64,000 nt of DNA from the human T2T-CHM13v2.0 reference genome, Homo sapiens. Shown here in pieces: positions 45,856-61,880 of this stretch (position 1 is its first letter; the number at the start of each line of letters is the position of its first letter). Below the pieces are notes generated by a model. The model made no database searches, had not been told where the DNA came from, and saw only the letters and a list, made by a program, of their open reading frames with translations. Location of the stretch: assembly GCF_009914755.1 (NCBI RefSeq), contig NC_060938.1. One strand, 5' to 3'. Made by a program: the position numbers and the translations under genes.

Positions 45856-46899
45856 CAATCCTTTCCTCTGATCTCTACATGTCTAACTTCCTACTTGATA
45901 TCTCCTCCTGATGTTGCAAATAAACCTTACATGCAATATGAACCACAGTGAACTCAGACTCCTTCCCAAGAACCATCTCCCAGCAACAGCCACAACCGAA
46001 ACCTCTTTTCAACATTTCTGTCACTGGGTCCACCATTCACCTGGTTAGTTGAGCCTAGGAGGGGCATCCTTGCACTTCCTTCTTCTTCATGTCAACTTAT
46101 GCCCAGTTTTGTCAACTTTACCTCCTGAATGTTGCTCAAGTCCATCCACTTTTCTCTGCCTCCACTCTAGCAGGCTAGTTGGGCTGTCATTGTGTCTTGC
46201 CTGGGCTACCACAGAGCTTCCTAACAGCTCTCTCTGCATACCCTGTCCTGCTCCTCCAATTCACTCTGCACATGACAGCTAGAATAGTCTTTTAAAACTC
46301 AAACCTGACTGTGTCACTTAGTATTTAAAATGTCTCAATTGCCTCCCGTTTCCCAAAGTAAACACTGAAGTCTTAACTTGCATTGCCTGGCCTCTGCGGG
46401 CTCCTCTAAGTTCATCACAGATCATGAAGCCCCTTGCCCTTGACATCCATGTTAGCCCATTCTGCTGATTTTTTTTTTATGCTCACATGTGATATTTGTT
46501 GTTTCCTACTCCTGGAATATCCTTCCAACTCTCTTCATCTGACTTTTCCCCTAATTAATTTTTATTCATTATTTAGGCCCTAGTTTGTGTGATTTCCTCA
46601 AGGAAACTCTCTTTGACCACTGAAATAAGAAAACTTTCTCCCAGCAGCTATTTTTATAGTACCATCAACTTCTCAGTGAAACACTTATCACTGTCATAGT
46701 TTCACATTTATTTGTGTGACTGAACAATTCATGAATCAGGGATCCTGTCTACCTTAATTTTGTCTACTTGTGCACCCACTCTTTGGCCAATACTCATGGT
46801 TCAGTAAGTGGTTGCTAAAAGAATAAATGAATTGAAATAAAATGAAATAATCCATTTATCTTTGAAGAGTAATCCTGACTGGTAATAAGCAAGGGGAAC

Positions 46900-47372
46900 T
46901 CAGGGTGATGGAAAGTCCTGTAGCTACTTAAGGTAAAGTTACACAGGTATATATGTAAAGTTTGAGTTGACTTACACTTTTGGCCAAAACAAAGTAACTG
47001 ATATTGGTTGCAAACTGTTGTAAACAGAAAACTAGACAAAATTTATGACACTATTGAGATACTCGAAAAATACATATAACAATTCAGACATTAGAGAACA
47101 GGCAGGGAAGGTAAAAAATGAGATAAGCTCTACAATTGTCCCAATTTTCTGCCTAAGGATACTTTCTGGACGTGTGGAAGAAAACCCAAGGAGGGCATGG
47201 GAGGCTTGCTGAGCTTAGGAGACAGACATTAGAGTTTGAGAAAACTGAGGAAGCTATAATTTGTGCAGTGAAGTACTAGAGGAGAGCTTTAGAAATGTTC
47301 ATAGGGGTCTCTTTAAGTCCAAAGCTAAGTACTAAGCTCTGCATGCATAAAGTGAAATTCCACATGGCTGGT

Positions 47373-47416
<44 letters not shown>

Positions 47417-48240
47417 AAAAATAAACCTACTGTGAAGGTATAAGCAAAATAATTTCCAGAGTTCACAAAGCATAGGATATGTTAAGGTTATGCACCCAAA
47501 GTGGAGAGACCTGGAACATTCAGTAGAGACCCAGAAGTGTCACATCTTGGCATTAGGGCTAAACTAACTTTGAATTAAAGCTGCACTAGACCCACCCTAA
47601 CAAAGTTTAAAAACATGCCTTGACAAGCTCAAACAGATCTGTAAGTAACGTATTGCCTGTTAAAACAAATGTCAAACACTGTAAAGGAAGACAACAAAAT
47701 TGTAATATTATGATGTCCAGCATCCAATTAAAAATTGCTAGACCTTCTAGGACTAGGAAAATGTGACCCATGACCAGAAGAAAAATTAAGCAATATAAAC
47801 AGGCTCAGACATAATAGAGATTAAGGAATTTGTAGACAAGGACTTTAAAACAGTTACTTAAAATATGCTTAAATAATAAAAATGTTACTGTAATGTGGGA
47901 AAAATCAAACTTCTAGAGATGAAAAACTTAATATCTGAAATGAAAAATTCACTGGCTGGGTTTAACAGCAAATTTAGTACTATAGAAGAAAAGATCTGTG
48001 ATCTTGAAAACATATCAATAGGAACTACTCAAACTGAAGACAGCAAGCTGGAAAATAATAATAATAAAAAACAAGTCCCAGTGACTTGTGGGACAACATC
48101 AATGGTCTAACATATGTGTAATTGGAGTCCTAGGCAAAAAAAAGTGAGGGACAGTGGAGAACAGAAAAATTTGAAGAAATAGTGGGCAGAAATATTTGTG
48201 TACTTTATGTGAACTATACCTAAATAAAAATCAAAATACA
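46900..48240 (+). mobile_element. Old L1M fragments (5'/ORF1-like) with internal (CA)n at 47375-47414
   Basis: ORF 47895..48110 LLEMKNLISEMKNSLAGFNSKFSTIEEKICDLE is L1 ORF1 coiled-coil-like. Confidence 0.7.
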
Positions 48241-51200
48241 ATAAGTTGAAATGAATGCCACCCTGCTGTTTCTTCCTCTACTCTCTATGATTACACACAT
48301 ATCTCAGTTGGCTTGGACTACCTATCTCATTCTCTTTGCCTGACACACTCCTTCCCATCCTGCCAGCTCCAGCTCAAAATCACCCACTGCACAAAGTCTT
48401 CTCTAGATCCCACAGAAAGTCTGCCCCTCCCTTTACAAACACCTGGAGCAAACCAGGGCAGTTTATCTTCTTATATGTCGGTCTCCCTGATTAGACAGTC
48501 TGGACTTTGTGAGGCATCCTCCAGAGTCGGGACTATGATCAGTAAGTAATAGAGAGGTAGCAGATTGCATGGGAAGGAGAAAGTGGGAGGGATGTTGGGA
48601 ATCCTGAGGACCAGGCACTATTGGCTCATCCACACCCAGGGACTTTTGTAGAGACTCATAGTTGGTAAAACACAGAGAGGCAGCCTAAAGAAGTATGGAA
48701 CTTACCAAGCGTAATTGGGCTCTCATTAAAATGCAAATTTCCAGGTCCCATGCAGAACTACCTAATCAGATTTTCCAGGGAAAGATGAGAAGACTTGAGA
48801 GTGGGGAGGGCTGTGTGCTTCCTCTTCCTACCCTTCACCCCACCTTCTGTCCTTGCCCCAGAGAGAAGCTCTTCAGGGTTTCCTCTAGCTCTGAGGTCCT
48901 CAGTTCCTGGGGCCTCAGGGCCACCTTGAAAGTAAAGACCCATTTCTCCCCAAATTCATAAAACCAAGCCTGCTGGAGTAGCAACCAGCCAGGAGTAGAT
49001 CCCCATGGGCCCATCAAGATGGAGCCTTCTCCCAAGTCCATACTCCTCCATGGAGCCTCTCCTGCTATGTCCAGGCCTTTCTGGGATCCTCTTAGGACTC
49101 TGGCTACAGGATCTCTTGCCTGCCTCACACATTCTTATGCTTCTGCTCCACTTCTGGTTTATTGGAGATACTCATACTATTTAAAAAATCTGGCTACATC
49201 TTTATACTTTTCTATTTCAATACTTGTTTTAATATTTCACCCATTGTTTCTCCTAACAGTGGAGCAGATTGGGTACCTCAAGGCTACTCTTGGAGTGCCA
49301 TCTTAGCTAGAGGGTACCCTTCGGATTGTCAAGAAGCCTCCCCAGCTGAGTTCCACAGTCCTCACCATGGATCTGTTTCAGGAAGTGCAGCTCCCTGCCA
49401 CCCTTTCTGCTGCAACATTGTTCATTTCCTAGCCTGCCCAGTGTGATCCCCTGACTTCTAGGAATCTGAACCAAGCTGAGGGTAGAGATAGGGAAGGGAG
49501 ATAGAACCAGACAGGACCCCAAGCCTTGAGGAATTTTGTCTGTCTGTTAATTAGTCTAGGGTTTTGTTTTTTTTTTGTTTTTTGGCAAGGGGTCATTATT
49601 TCAACATCATGGGACACATGAGATTCCTGCCCCAGCAGGGATCTTCATCCTGGAGAGCCCCTTTTTCTGCCTTGCCCAGGAATCTGTGATTCCTCTGTTC
49701 ACATCATGGTGAAGAAAACAGCTACGGAAAAGCTGTCTGTGCTGGAAGGACATTCAATCTTCATGGAAGCCCACCCAGTGGACTACCCTTCCTGCTCTGG
49801 AGGCCTCTAAAAGCCAATACTCTATGGATGCATGCCCAGCAGATGCCAAGTGGGTTCGTGTAACCTATAGCATTGAATTCTCCCAAGACCCTGAAAGATC
49901 AGTATTACTATCCCCACATCATACAGATGCAAAACTAAGGACTGGTCCACCAAGGGATGTGCCTAATGTCACAAACCAAATAAATGGCACAGCTGTGAAT
50001 TTGACCTCAGCCTGTCTAACTCCAGGGCTTCCTACCAATCTCCAGCCACCTGACGCATTTTTCAAAGTCTTTAAAATAAAAGACCACTATATGTGACGTG
50101 TATCCTGGATTGGATCCTGGAACAGAAAAAAAAAATATTCATTTAAAAAGATGGCGAAATTCAAATAAATTCTGTAGTTTAGTGAATAGTAAGCTAGCAA
50201 CATTGGTTCCTCAGCTGTGACCGACGTCTCACAGTCATGGAAGATGTTAGCATTAGGTGAAGCTGTTGAAGGGTGCATGGAAACTCAGTGGACTCTCTTC
50301 ACATCTTTTCTGTGAAGCTACAATTATTCCAAAATTTAAAAAGAAGAAAGTAAAGCCAATCAGTCAAGGACATAAATCAAGAAAACATTCCAACCTTGGC
50401 CGAGGTCTCCAGGGATCAGGGAGATGACTGCTCTGTTCACAAGGTAAACAATCTCAGTGGTTTCTGCCCACGATGTGGAATCACTCAGTGTCAAAGTCCT
50501 CCCTCTTCCAGCTCTCTTTTGATCATTCTGAGTTCCCCCAGGAGTGAGTCTCAGCTTGATGCCAGCCCATCTTTACCACCATCTCAGACTTGCTGACTTT
50601 CCTTTCTAACAAGGGTGAGTAAACCACAGGCTGGGAGCCTGCAATCTGTGACAGTCTTGGTTGAATTTAATCACTGAATTAGTTTTGTTGTGTGCATTTT
50701 TACTTTCTACTTGTGGCAAGTTGTGCTAGTTTCTATGTATGACTGCAATATTAATTTTTCTATTTAAGCAAATTTTCTTTTCCTAACATGAATTGATTTA
50801 AGGATAGGCCTTGAGCAAATAACGTACAAAAGAGAGGGGAATTTAGTCCTAATCATGAAAATGGTTTGGGAGTAAATAAAATTTGAGAAACTGAGCGCTA
50901 ATGGAGAGCTGGTTTCCCAAAGAGAAAGGGCACCTTGGCTTTGCACCCCTGTGGGAACACCTGAGCACTGATGTGGTGACTCAGTGGGGTAGGATACGTG
51001 TTCCTGGCTGGTTCTGAAGGGGAGACTAGAAAATGGGGAGGAAGCAGACCATGTGACCTCAGCTCTGCTTGAACAAGGTTCCTGTCTCTCCTGTCCATCC
51101 TGGCTTCTCCATCCCTGGAACACAGCCTGGCACACAGAAGATTCCCAGTAAGTATTTATTGACTAAACAAATGCAAGGGAGAATGACTATACATAAAACT

Positions 51201-51696
51201 TTCGAGCCAGTTCTATCATTTCCAATATGAACATCAAAGTATTGCCCAAAATAGAAGGGTCTTCTGGGGGCATCCAGGGCAACCTCATCATTGCACAAAT
51301 GGGCAGTGGAAGCCCAACAGGAAGAAGGTATTTGCTCCAGCCACACAGTCAGTGTCTGGGAAAAGCAGGGCCAAGAACTAGGACTTCCCTTCTGTGATCA
51401 TTCTTGCCAACACACCAGTCTGTCACTTCTGTTATGCGCCCACATGAATGACCTCAGCCCAGGCAGGCAGTGCTGCAGGCAGAGTGGGGGCAGACAGCAA
51501 ACCAGACTCCTGGCACCCAGCCTATGCTGGAAGAGGTAGAAAGTCCCCTGCTCGGAGGCTGCACAGAGGTTTTCTGTATCGTGTAGGTCAAACTGGACCA
51601 CACCAAGGCAGCCTGTCTCTCCTGGGCCTCTGACACTGGGCACCCTCATTCTTGGTTAGGGTGAATCCTTCCTTTATGCATCAAGTCCACCTTTGC

Positions 51697-52701
51697 TGTA
51701 GGGAAAAGAAAGAGAGATCAGACTGTTGCTGTGTCTATGTAGAAAGGGAAGACATAAGAAACTCCATTTTGACCTGTACCCTGAACAATTGCTTTGCCCT
51801 GAGATGCTGTTAATCTGTAACTTTGCCCCAGCCTTGAGCTCACAAAAACATGTGTTGTATGGAATCAAGGTTTAAGGGATCTAGGGCTGTGCAGGATGTG
51901 CCTTGTTAACAAAATGTTTACAGGCAGTGTGCTTGGTAAAAGTCATCGCCATTCTCCAGTCTCGATAAACCAGGGGCACAATGCACTGCAGAAAGCTGCA
52001 GGGACCTCTGCTCTGGAAAGCCAGGTATTGTCCAAGGTTTCTCCCCATGTGATAGCCTGAGATATGGCCTCATGGGATGGGAAAGACCTGACTGTCCCCC
52101 AGCCCAACACCCATGAAGGGTCTGTGCTGAGGAGGATTAGTAAAAGAGGAAGGCCTCTTGCAGTTGAGATAGAGGAAGGCCTGTTTCTCCTGCCCGCTCC
52201 TGGCAGGAGAAACTCGGTATAAAACTCGGTATAAAACTCAATTGTACATTTGTTCAATTCTAAGATAAGAGAAAAACTGCCCTGCGGTAGGAGGCGAGAC
52301 ATGTTGGCAGCAATGCTGCTTTATTATTCTTTACTCCACTGAGATGTTTGGTGGACAGAAACATAAATCTGGCCTACGTGCACATCCAGGCATAGTACCT
52401 TCCCTTGAACTTATTTGTGACACAGATTCCTTTGCTCACATGTTCTCTTGCTGACCTTCTCCCCACTATCGCCCTGCTCTCCTACTGCATTCCTCTTGCT
52501 GACATAGTGAAAATAGTAATCAATAAATACTGAGGGAACTCAGAGACCAGTGTCGGTGCAGGTCCTCCGTATGCTGAGCGCCGGTCCCCTGGGCCCACTT
52601 TTCTTTCTCTATATTTTCTCTCTGTGTCTTATTTCTTTTCTCAGTCTCTCATGCCACCTGACGAGAATTACCCACAAGTGTGGAGGGGCTGGCCCTCTTC
52701 A
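51697..52701 (+). mobile_element. Solo HERV-K(HML-2) LTR, LTR5A-like
   Basis: 1005 bp from TGTAGGGAAAAGAAAGAGAGATCAGACTG to GGAGGGGCTGGCCCTCTTCA, with TG...CA ends. 5-bp TSD TTTGC. TATAAAA at about 52218 and 52230, AATAAA at about 52522. Confidence 0.92.
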
Positions 52702-52887
52702 TTTGCATGGGCATTTCCCAGGCTAAAGCCTCCAGAGGACTGTGCAGCAGAGATCTCAGAGAGGCGAACCATAAAACCCACTGTCTCAGCCTCCCGGGAG
52801 GCTGGCTGTGACCCCTGCCAGCGCCACTGGCACCGCTAGTCACCCTTACCCACTCCACTTAATGTCTCTTCTCTTCTCTCCTCTCCT

Positions 52888-53123
<236 letters not shown>

Positions 53124-56100
53124 TAATTTCCTGCCTCTCCCGAGTAACACGAGACCTCTGCAAGGGCAAGGATCTTTCTATATTTTATTCACAAAACCCT
53201 AAAACCCCTCTTTGTCCCCACATGGAGAGGACACTCAGTGAATATTTGTTGAATGGATGGATGAACTGATGGGATAAATAAAAGCCACAAGTGTTCGGGG
53301 GATTTGTATTTGCTCCTACCTCTGTGGCAGTCTAGCTGTGGGACCTTGTGCAATTGATGTGATCTTCCTAAGCCTCCGTTTTCTCATCAGTAAAATGGGA
53401 TGGTCACACCAACCGGAAGGGTTGTGGGCCAGTGAGATGGGGAAAGCACTTGTGTCGTGTCAGGCTTTGATAGGCATCTAGGAAGTGTCGGTTATGTCAA
53501 AATCAAAATCCAGTCATTCATACACTCATTTATTCACAAGGTTGGTCAGCCCACAAATATGTGACCTGGGAAGGCTTCTGAGAAGGAGAAGGGGTGAACC
53601 CTCTCTGAAAGACTGAGTAACATGCTGGAAGGAAGTCGTGGGAGTGGGAGAGGATGAGGAGCAAGGAGAGCATCCAGGCAGGGTGGGAAGATGTAGGGAG
53701 GTGGCACACAGACCTACAAGAAGGAGCAGGCATGGTCACATCCTAGTGGGCAGGCCTGCGGGACTAAGGCTTGTGACTCCCCTCCCAGAGGAGAGGGGAG
53801 CTTTGGAGGGGGCTGACCGTGTCTGGACAAGGATGATTAGCAGGGCAGTTTTTCTTTCCAGCAAATACGTGTTGGGTGTGTGCTCTGTGGCAGGTACCGG
53901 CCTGGGTATGGGGGATACAAGGACACAAGTCTGCAGGCAGAGGGACATAAAACACATGGGCTTTCCTGAGTCACTCTCAAACTGCACACCTGCTGAAGCC
54001 CACCAGAGTTCTTCAATTAAAGACCAGCATCCCTCTGTGGCCCATGAGTTCCCACCTACCTCTTGGCCCCGCTCCCACCCCTTCTTGCTTACTGATCTCA
54101 TTTCAGCTCCTCACCCGTGCCACTCCTGACCTCAGGGCCTTTGCACATGCTGTTCTCGCTGCTTGGTGGGGCCTCCCTGGGCTCCCACCCTCATTTCTTC
54201 CTCTTTTTTTTTTCTTTTTCAAAATAGAATTTATTTGTGCAGTGAATAATACAAATGTGGCTATGAAAGCAGAACATGATATTTAAAAATATTTAAGGTA
54301 TGCAACAGTCATTTTAAAAACAGAATTAGTTAAAAGGAAGATGAATAAAGAACTCGAGCTTATGCCTGATTTCTATTGGTATACTTAGAAATACCAATCA
54401 GTATTTAACATATTATTAACTATGCTGGAAAAAACACCTCTATATGCAGTTTTAATTCCTAACTACAGTTTAAAAACAGATGAGTTCCCAGCATTTGGAG
54501 CTCCTCCTAAATATTACATCCTGGGGAAGCCTTTCTTGGGCCCCCGGACTGGACGCGACCTGTGACATGCGACCCCCGGACTGGACACGACCCTTCTGTG
54601 ACACCCTTTGCAAGCTCTGCGATGTCTCCTTCACTGTGCCCACTGCAGCTCATGACAAACATGTGTTTATTGGATTCATGGTGGCTTCCCTCACTGATTA
54701 TTAACCCCAGGAAGGCAGAAACCGGTCTACATATATCAACAATGAGCTCAGAGATTGCAGCCCAGAAGTCATCATTTAATGGAGGACTGACTGCAGCCCA
54801 CAGGGGGCTGGAGGGAACATTCAGACCCACCTGCCATCGCCATGCATGGATGTAAGGGTTTTGGAAGGCTGCTTGGAAGAGGCTGCTTGGGAGATGTTGG
54901 AAAGGTAGAGAAGAGTTCATAAAGAGGTCCTAGTGGCCTGGGTATTAAAGGGTGAGGAAGAGTTTGTTAGGCTGGAGGAGGGAATTCCCATTAGAGGAGA
55001 TGGTAGAAGCACTGGAGGGGGCTGGTGGAGGACCGCAGCAGGGGCTCTCTACTGCATGCCCACGTGCCAGGCACAATGGCCATGCAAGCTCACGTGATCC
55101 TCAGAGGTAGATAGGTAGATAGAGGGTATTAGTCTCTAGCTTAGCCGCTGGAGGTAGATATTATGATCCTCTCTCAATAAATGAAGCGGCTAAGGCTCAG
55201 AAAGGTTTAGTGATATGCCCAGGTCACCTGGCCACTCGGTGGCTTTCCTGGCAGTGTCACTTCCCCAGTGTCATATGTTGCGCACCTGAGACCGTAGCTA
55301 AGGGTTTCTGTGTCTTTCTATACCCACCCCTCAGGCTGGGGCAGGGGAAATGATGTCGGCAAAGGGCTCGGCCGGGATTCCCAGCCTTTTTCCCACGTCT
55401 GTGTCCCTGTGCGGGGTCTCAACCTTCTCCCTCACCCCCACCCTCTCGAAAAGGGGCTGCGCACCCTGGGCTCCTGGGCTCAGCCCTCACCACCGTCCAC
55501 TTGCCCTGCCCCTCCCCCATCACCCGCAGGCAGCCTTCTCCACCAGCCTTTGGGGACTCTTGCCTTCCTGCCCCAAACCAGAAGATGGGGCACTTGCTGC
55601 ATGTGGCTAACCCTGAGGCCACGAGAAAGCCACGTCACCTCTCTGAGCCTCAGTTTCCATGTCTGTTATAGGGACGCCCACTCTGGCTGCTCTGAGAGCA
55701 CCTGTGACCAGAACACAAAGGACACCATGAGCTGCAAACTGCTAAACACGCCCGGGAAATGATAAGTAGTGCCAGTCGAGGCTCCTCAGTGCCAAGCCAG
55801 CCAGTATCCTCTCCTCTCCAAACACCGAAAGCCCTGGGAATTCCCTGGAGGAGAGGAAGGAACCAGATGCCTGAAATGAGCTTGCCCCAGGCCGGGAAGC
55901 TGTGCGCGGCCCTGCGAGCACCTGGTGCCCTCTAGTGGCCACAGGCGGCCCTGCAGGGCCACATTTTCTGGGGAGGGCGCAGAGACCCCACTCACTCTTC
56001 AATTGAACTTGCTAACAGGTTTAAACTGCAGGATCTGCCTTTGACAACAAGATAAGGAGGGGACAGGGGAGGGAGGGTGCCAGGATGTTCTTTTTGTGCC

Positions 56101-56793
56101 AGAAATGGACAAAGCTGGCGGCTACTAATAGACTTCGTCCTTCTAATGCTGCCCGAGGGGCTGGACTGGCCCCGTCCCTGTTTCCCCATCCGCCTGGATT
56201 CCTGGCTGAGCCCAGAGCTCCCACGTGGACACTCTGGGGCGGATCATTGGCCAAGGACTCACAGAGTTGGGACCGACTTTGTTAAAGCACTGAACTAGCT
56301 TCCTTGGAGCCCCAAAGGGAGGGGCGGGACCTTCACTTCAGAAATAAGAAGACAGACTCAGAGAGGGTTTGTGGCTTTCCCAAAGATACCTCATTCCAGG
56401 ATTTGAACCCCAGTCTCTCACTCGAGACCCCAGGTACTTGCTGTGGCCCATACCTTCCCCAAATTATCCACCAACAGCCAGTCAACCTGGGGCAGGGCTG
56501 TGGGGGAGAAACATTTGTTTACTAAATCACAGAGTCCCTCTGCCCGCTGGAGGGGAGAGGAGAATGCCACCAAGTGGGCGGGGGTGGGGCATTGCATCCC
56601 AGCATTTGAATGGGCAGGGAGGAAATGGGGCACAGGACTTCTAGAACTTGCAGTTTTGCTCATTCGGGCTGTCTAGGGAGGTGGTGACAGGGAGAGACTA
56701 AACTGAAATGTGCCTGTGACTTCCATCTCAGGAAGATGGAACATGTTCAACCCCAAGCCATGTTCGGGGTCTGTGGCAAGCAGGAATTCTCCT

Positions 56794-59258
<2,465 letters not shown>

Positions 59259-60009
59259 CTGGGGAATTGACACGACAAGGGTGAGTGATCAAGTCCTGTT
59301 GTGTTGCAGGGCAAGCCTCAGGATACATGACCAATGAAACATGTGTCCTCCCAGCCCCAAAGGTCTCCAATCTCTCTCCATCCACAGAATGAGGAGGGGC
59401 TCCTTAACCCTGGGACCCTGGTTTCAAAACACCATAAGCTCTCTGAACCGTGTCCCTGCCTCCCAGCACACCTGCCCCAGAGCCCTCTACAGGGAGTGTT
59501 CTCAAGTCTCAAGTTCCCCCGTCTCAGAGCCCCTTCAGCCACAGTCACTGATGATGTCCACACTGTAGTCGCTGCCATGCCTGAGCCCTGAGCCCATCCT
59601 GACCCCAGAAGACCTGACACTGGAGGGAACAAGGCACCCAGAATCTGGAGGTAGACAGAACTGAGTTCAAATCCACTCTGCCTCTCATGAGCTCTGTGAC
59701 CTTCCCTCTCTAAGTCACTTGTGTGAGAAGGAAAATGATCACCGTCGCTCCTGCGGGACACTAGGGGTGCTAAGGCAAATGCAGACAAGGCACTCAGCAG
59801 ACAGTTGGTGCGTAGCAGGTGCCCATCCTCCTGCCCTCCAACTAGCAGCTTCACATCCTCTGTGGCTGAACCGCGATCAGCCTCCTGCCCGGAGCCTGGG
59901 GCCCAGGCTCTCCTGAGGTACCTGCAGACCCTGGATTCCCGTTCACCTGGCCTTGCACCCTATTTTCCCACCTACCCAAGGATCTCATTCCTGCCTATAT
60001 GTCCTCTCT

Positions 60010-60555
60010 CTCCTGCATCATCCTTAAACAGTGCCCCTTTGATCCTCCTCTGGAGGAGGCCTCATGCTAGAGTGACCCTATCCTCAAAAACTAACACCAA
60101 GAGATCTCTCTTGGCCCTGAATAGCCTCTCCAGCTTCCAGCTCATTTCTTTTCTTCCTTTTATAGCAGCTATCTCCACTCCCTCCCACAATTGCCTCAGT
60201 CCACTCCAGTCGGCTCTTTGACCTCAACTTTTTATGGAAGCAACTCTTTCCAGAGTCACCGTTGACAACCAGCCCCACGTCCCAGAGCCAGCTCTCAGTG
60301 AGCCGCACGTGATGGTAATCCCTTTCTCCAAGGTGAAGCATTCCAGGTCCACCCCTTGAGGCTTCTCCTCCTTCCCCACCACTCCTGCCCCTGTCGGGCT
60401 CCACCCCTCCCATCTCTACCGGTGACACTGCTGCTTCCAGGCTCAGACCTTGGTCCCCTTCTCTTTTCCACCTTCACTCCATCCCCATACATGTCATTCA
60501 GTCTCACAGCTTTGAATATCATCAACAGGCCCAACGACTCCCAAATTTACCTTTC
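60010..60555 (+). mobile_element. L2 fragment
   Basis: cagtccactccagtc; cttggtccccttctcttttccaccttcactc; gactcccaaatttac. Confidence 0.65.
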
Positions 60556-60557
60556 CA

Positions 60558-61880
60558 CTCATTCATTCACTCAACAAACATTTATTAAATCTCTACTGTA
60601 TACCAGGTGCTGTTCTAGGTGCTGGAGATGCATCTATGAACAGAGCAGGCAAAGATCCCTGCCCCTGACTGTGTGTTCTAGCAGGGAAGACAGGTGATAG
60701 AATCAACACAACAAAAAGTACCACTTAAGCCTACATACATGTACTAGCGGTATGCAGAAGGCAGTAAGTGCTATGGAAAAAAATAAATAGATTGACTTGC
60801 AGGAATCGAGGATTGGTCCAAAGTTTGAGCAAACCTTGAGGCAGGCAAGAGAGTTAGACAAATTGGGGTTTTTTTTCCTGAATAAAATGGGGAGTCACTG
60901 TCGGGTTTTGAACAGAGGAGTGACATAGTCTTGCTTAGGATTTAAAAGGATCATTCTGTTGCCTCTGTTAAGAATATACTCTTGGTGGTGGTGGTGTGTG
61001 TAGTGGGGATGGGCAAAAATTGATGCTGGGAGACCATTTGGAAGCTAGTGTGGTAGTCACATGTTGGGAGCCACAGAGACGGCGGAAAGATACCAAATTC
61101 CAGATGTGGTTTGCTGTAGGCTAAAGGAGTTTCCTGACAGACTGAATGAGGCATTTGAGGGTGGTCAGGGTGACTCCAAGGTTTTTGGCTTGAGCAACTA
61201 AAAAGATGGAGTCACCACTGATTGAGATGGGCAGGCTTGGGGAGGTTCTCTGGGGACAGATCAGGAAGTCATTCTGGATGTGTTGACACTAAGCTCCAAT
61301 TACACATCCTGGGGACATTCTGGGTAAACAGAAAGATCCACGACTCTGGAATTTGGGGGAGAACAGGGGCTGGGGATGGAAGCATGGCAGTCGTGGTAAT
61401 AGAGATGGTGTTTAAAGCTCTTAGCCTGTGAGCTCACTCAGGGGTAAGTATAGACAGAAAAGAAGGCTGGGAACTGAGCCCTGAGACACTCACCTCTGAG
61501 ACCTGGAGGAGGAGAGGGGTCTCCAGCAAAGGAGATTGAGGAGGGGAGAGGTGGGAGGTGATGTGAGAGTGGAGAGCTGGAAGCCAAATGAAGAGTGCCT
61601 TAAGGAGGTGGGGACAGAAACCAGCCGAAGAGCGAGGCCTGAGACTGACTGCACTCTGCAACACAGACACCCTTGGGACCCTGGGAAGGGAGCTTTCTGT
61701 GAGAAGTGGGTGCAGAAGCTGGACTGGAGTGGATTTAGGAGAGGATGAGAGGAACTAGGGGCTGTGAACAGAGGCAACTGCTTCATGGTATTCACCTGCA
61801 AAGGGGGAGTGACGAAATGGAGGAATAACTGGGGGAAAGCAGAGGTCAAGAGAAGCTTTTATGTTGGGAAAAATAATAGC
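60558..61880 (-). mobile_element. L2 fragment, opposite orientation, including the 3' end
   Basis: cattcattcactcaacaaacatttatt...ccaggtgctgttctaggtgctggaga; ccaaggtttttggcttgagcaact. Confidence 0.75.

Larger units (their letters stand above)
45330..46830 (+). mobile_element. L2 LINE remnant (hosts SERPINA9 exon 1 in antisense)
   Basis: L2-like tracts tctcatcttatttgacttcccagctgcatttgacac, tctaacttcctacttgatatctcc, caccattcacctggtt...cctagga, and a 3' end ...ttgctaaaagaataaatgaatt. Confidence 0.7.
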
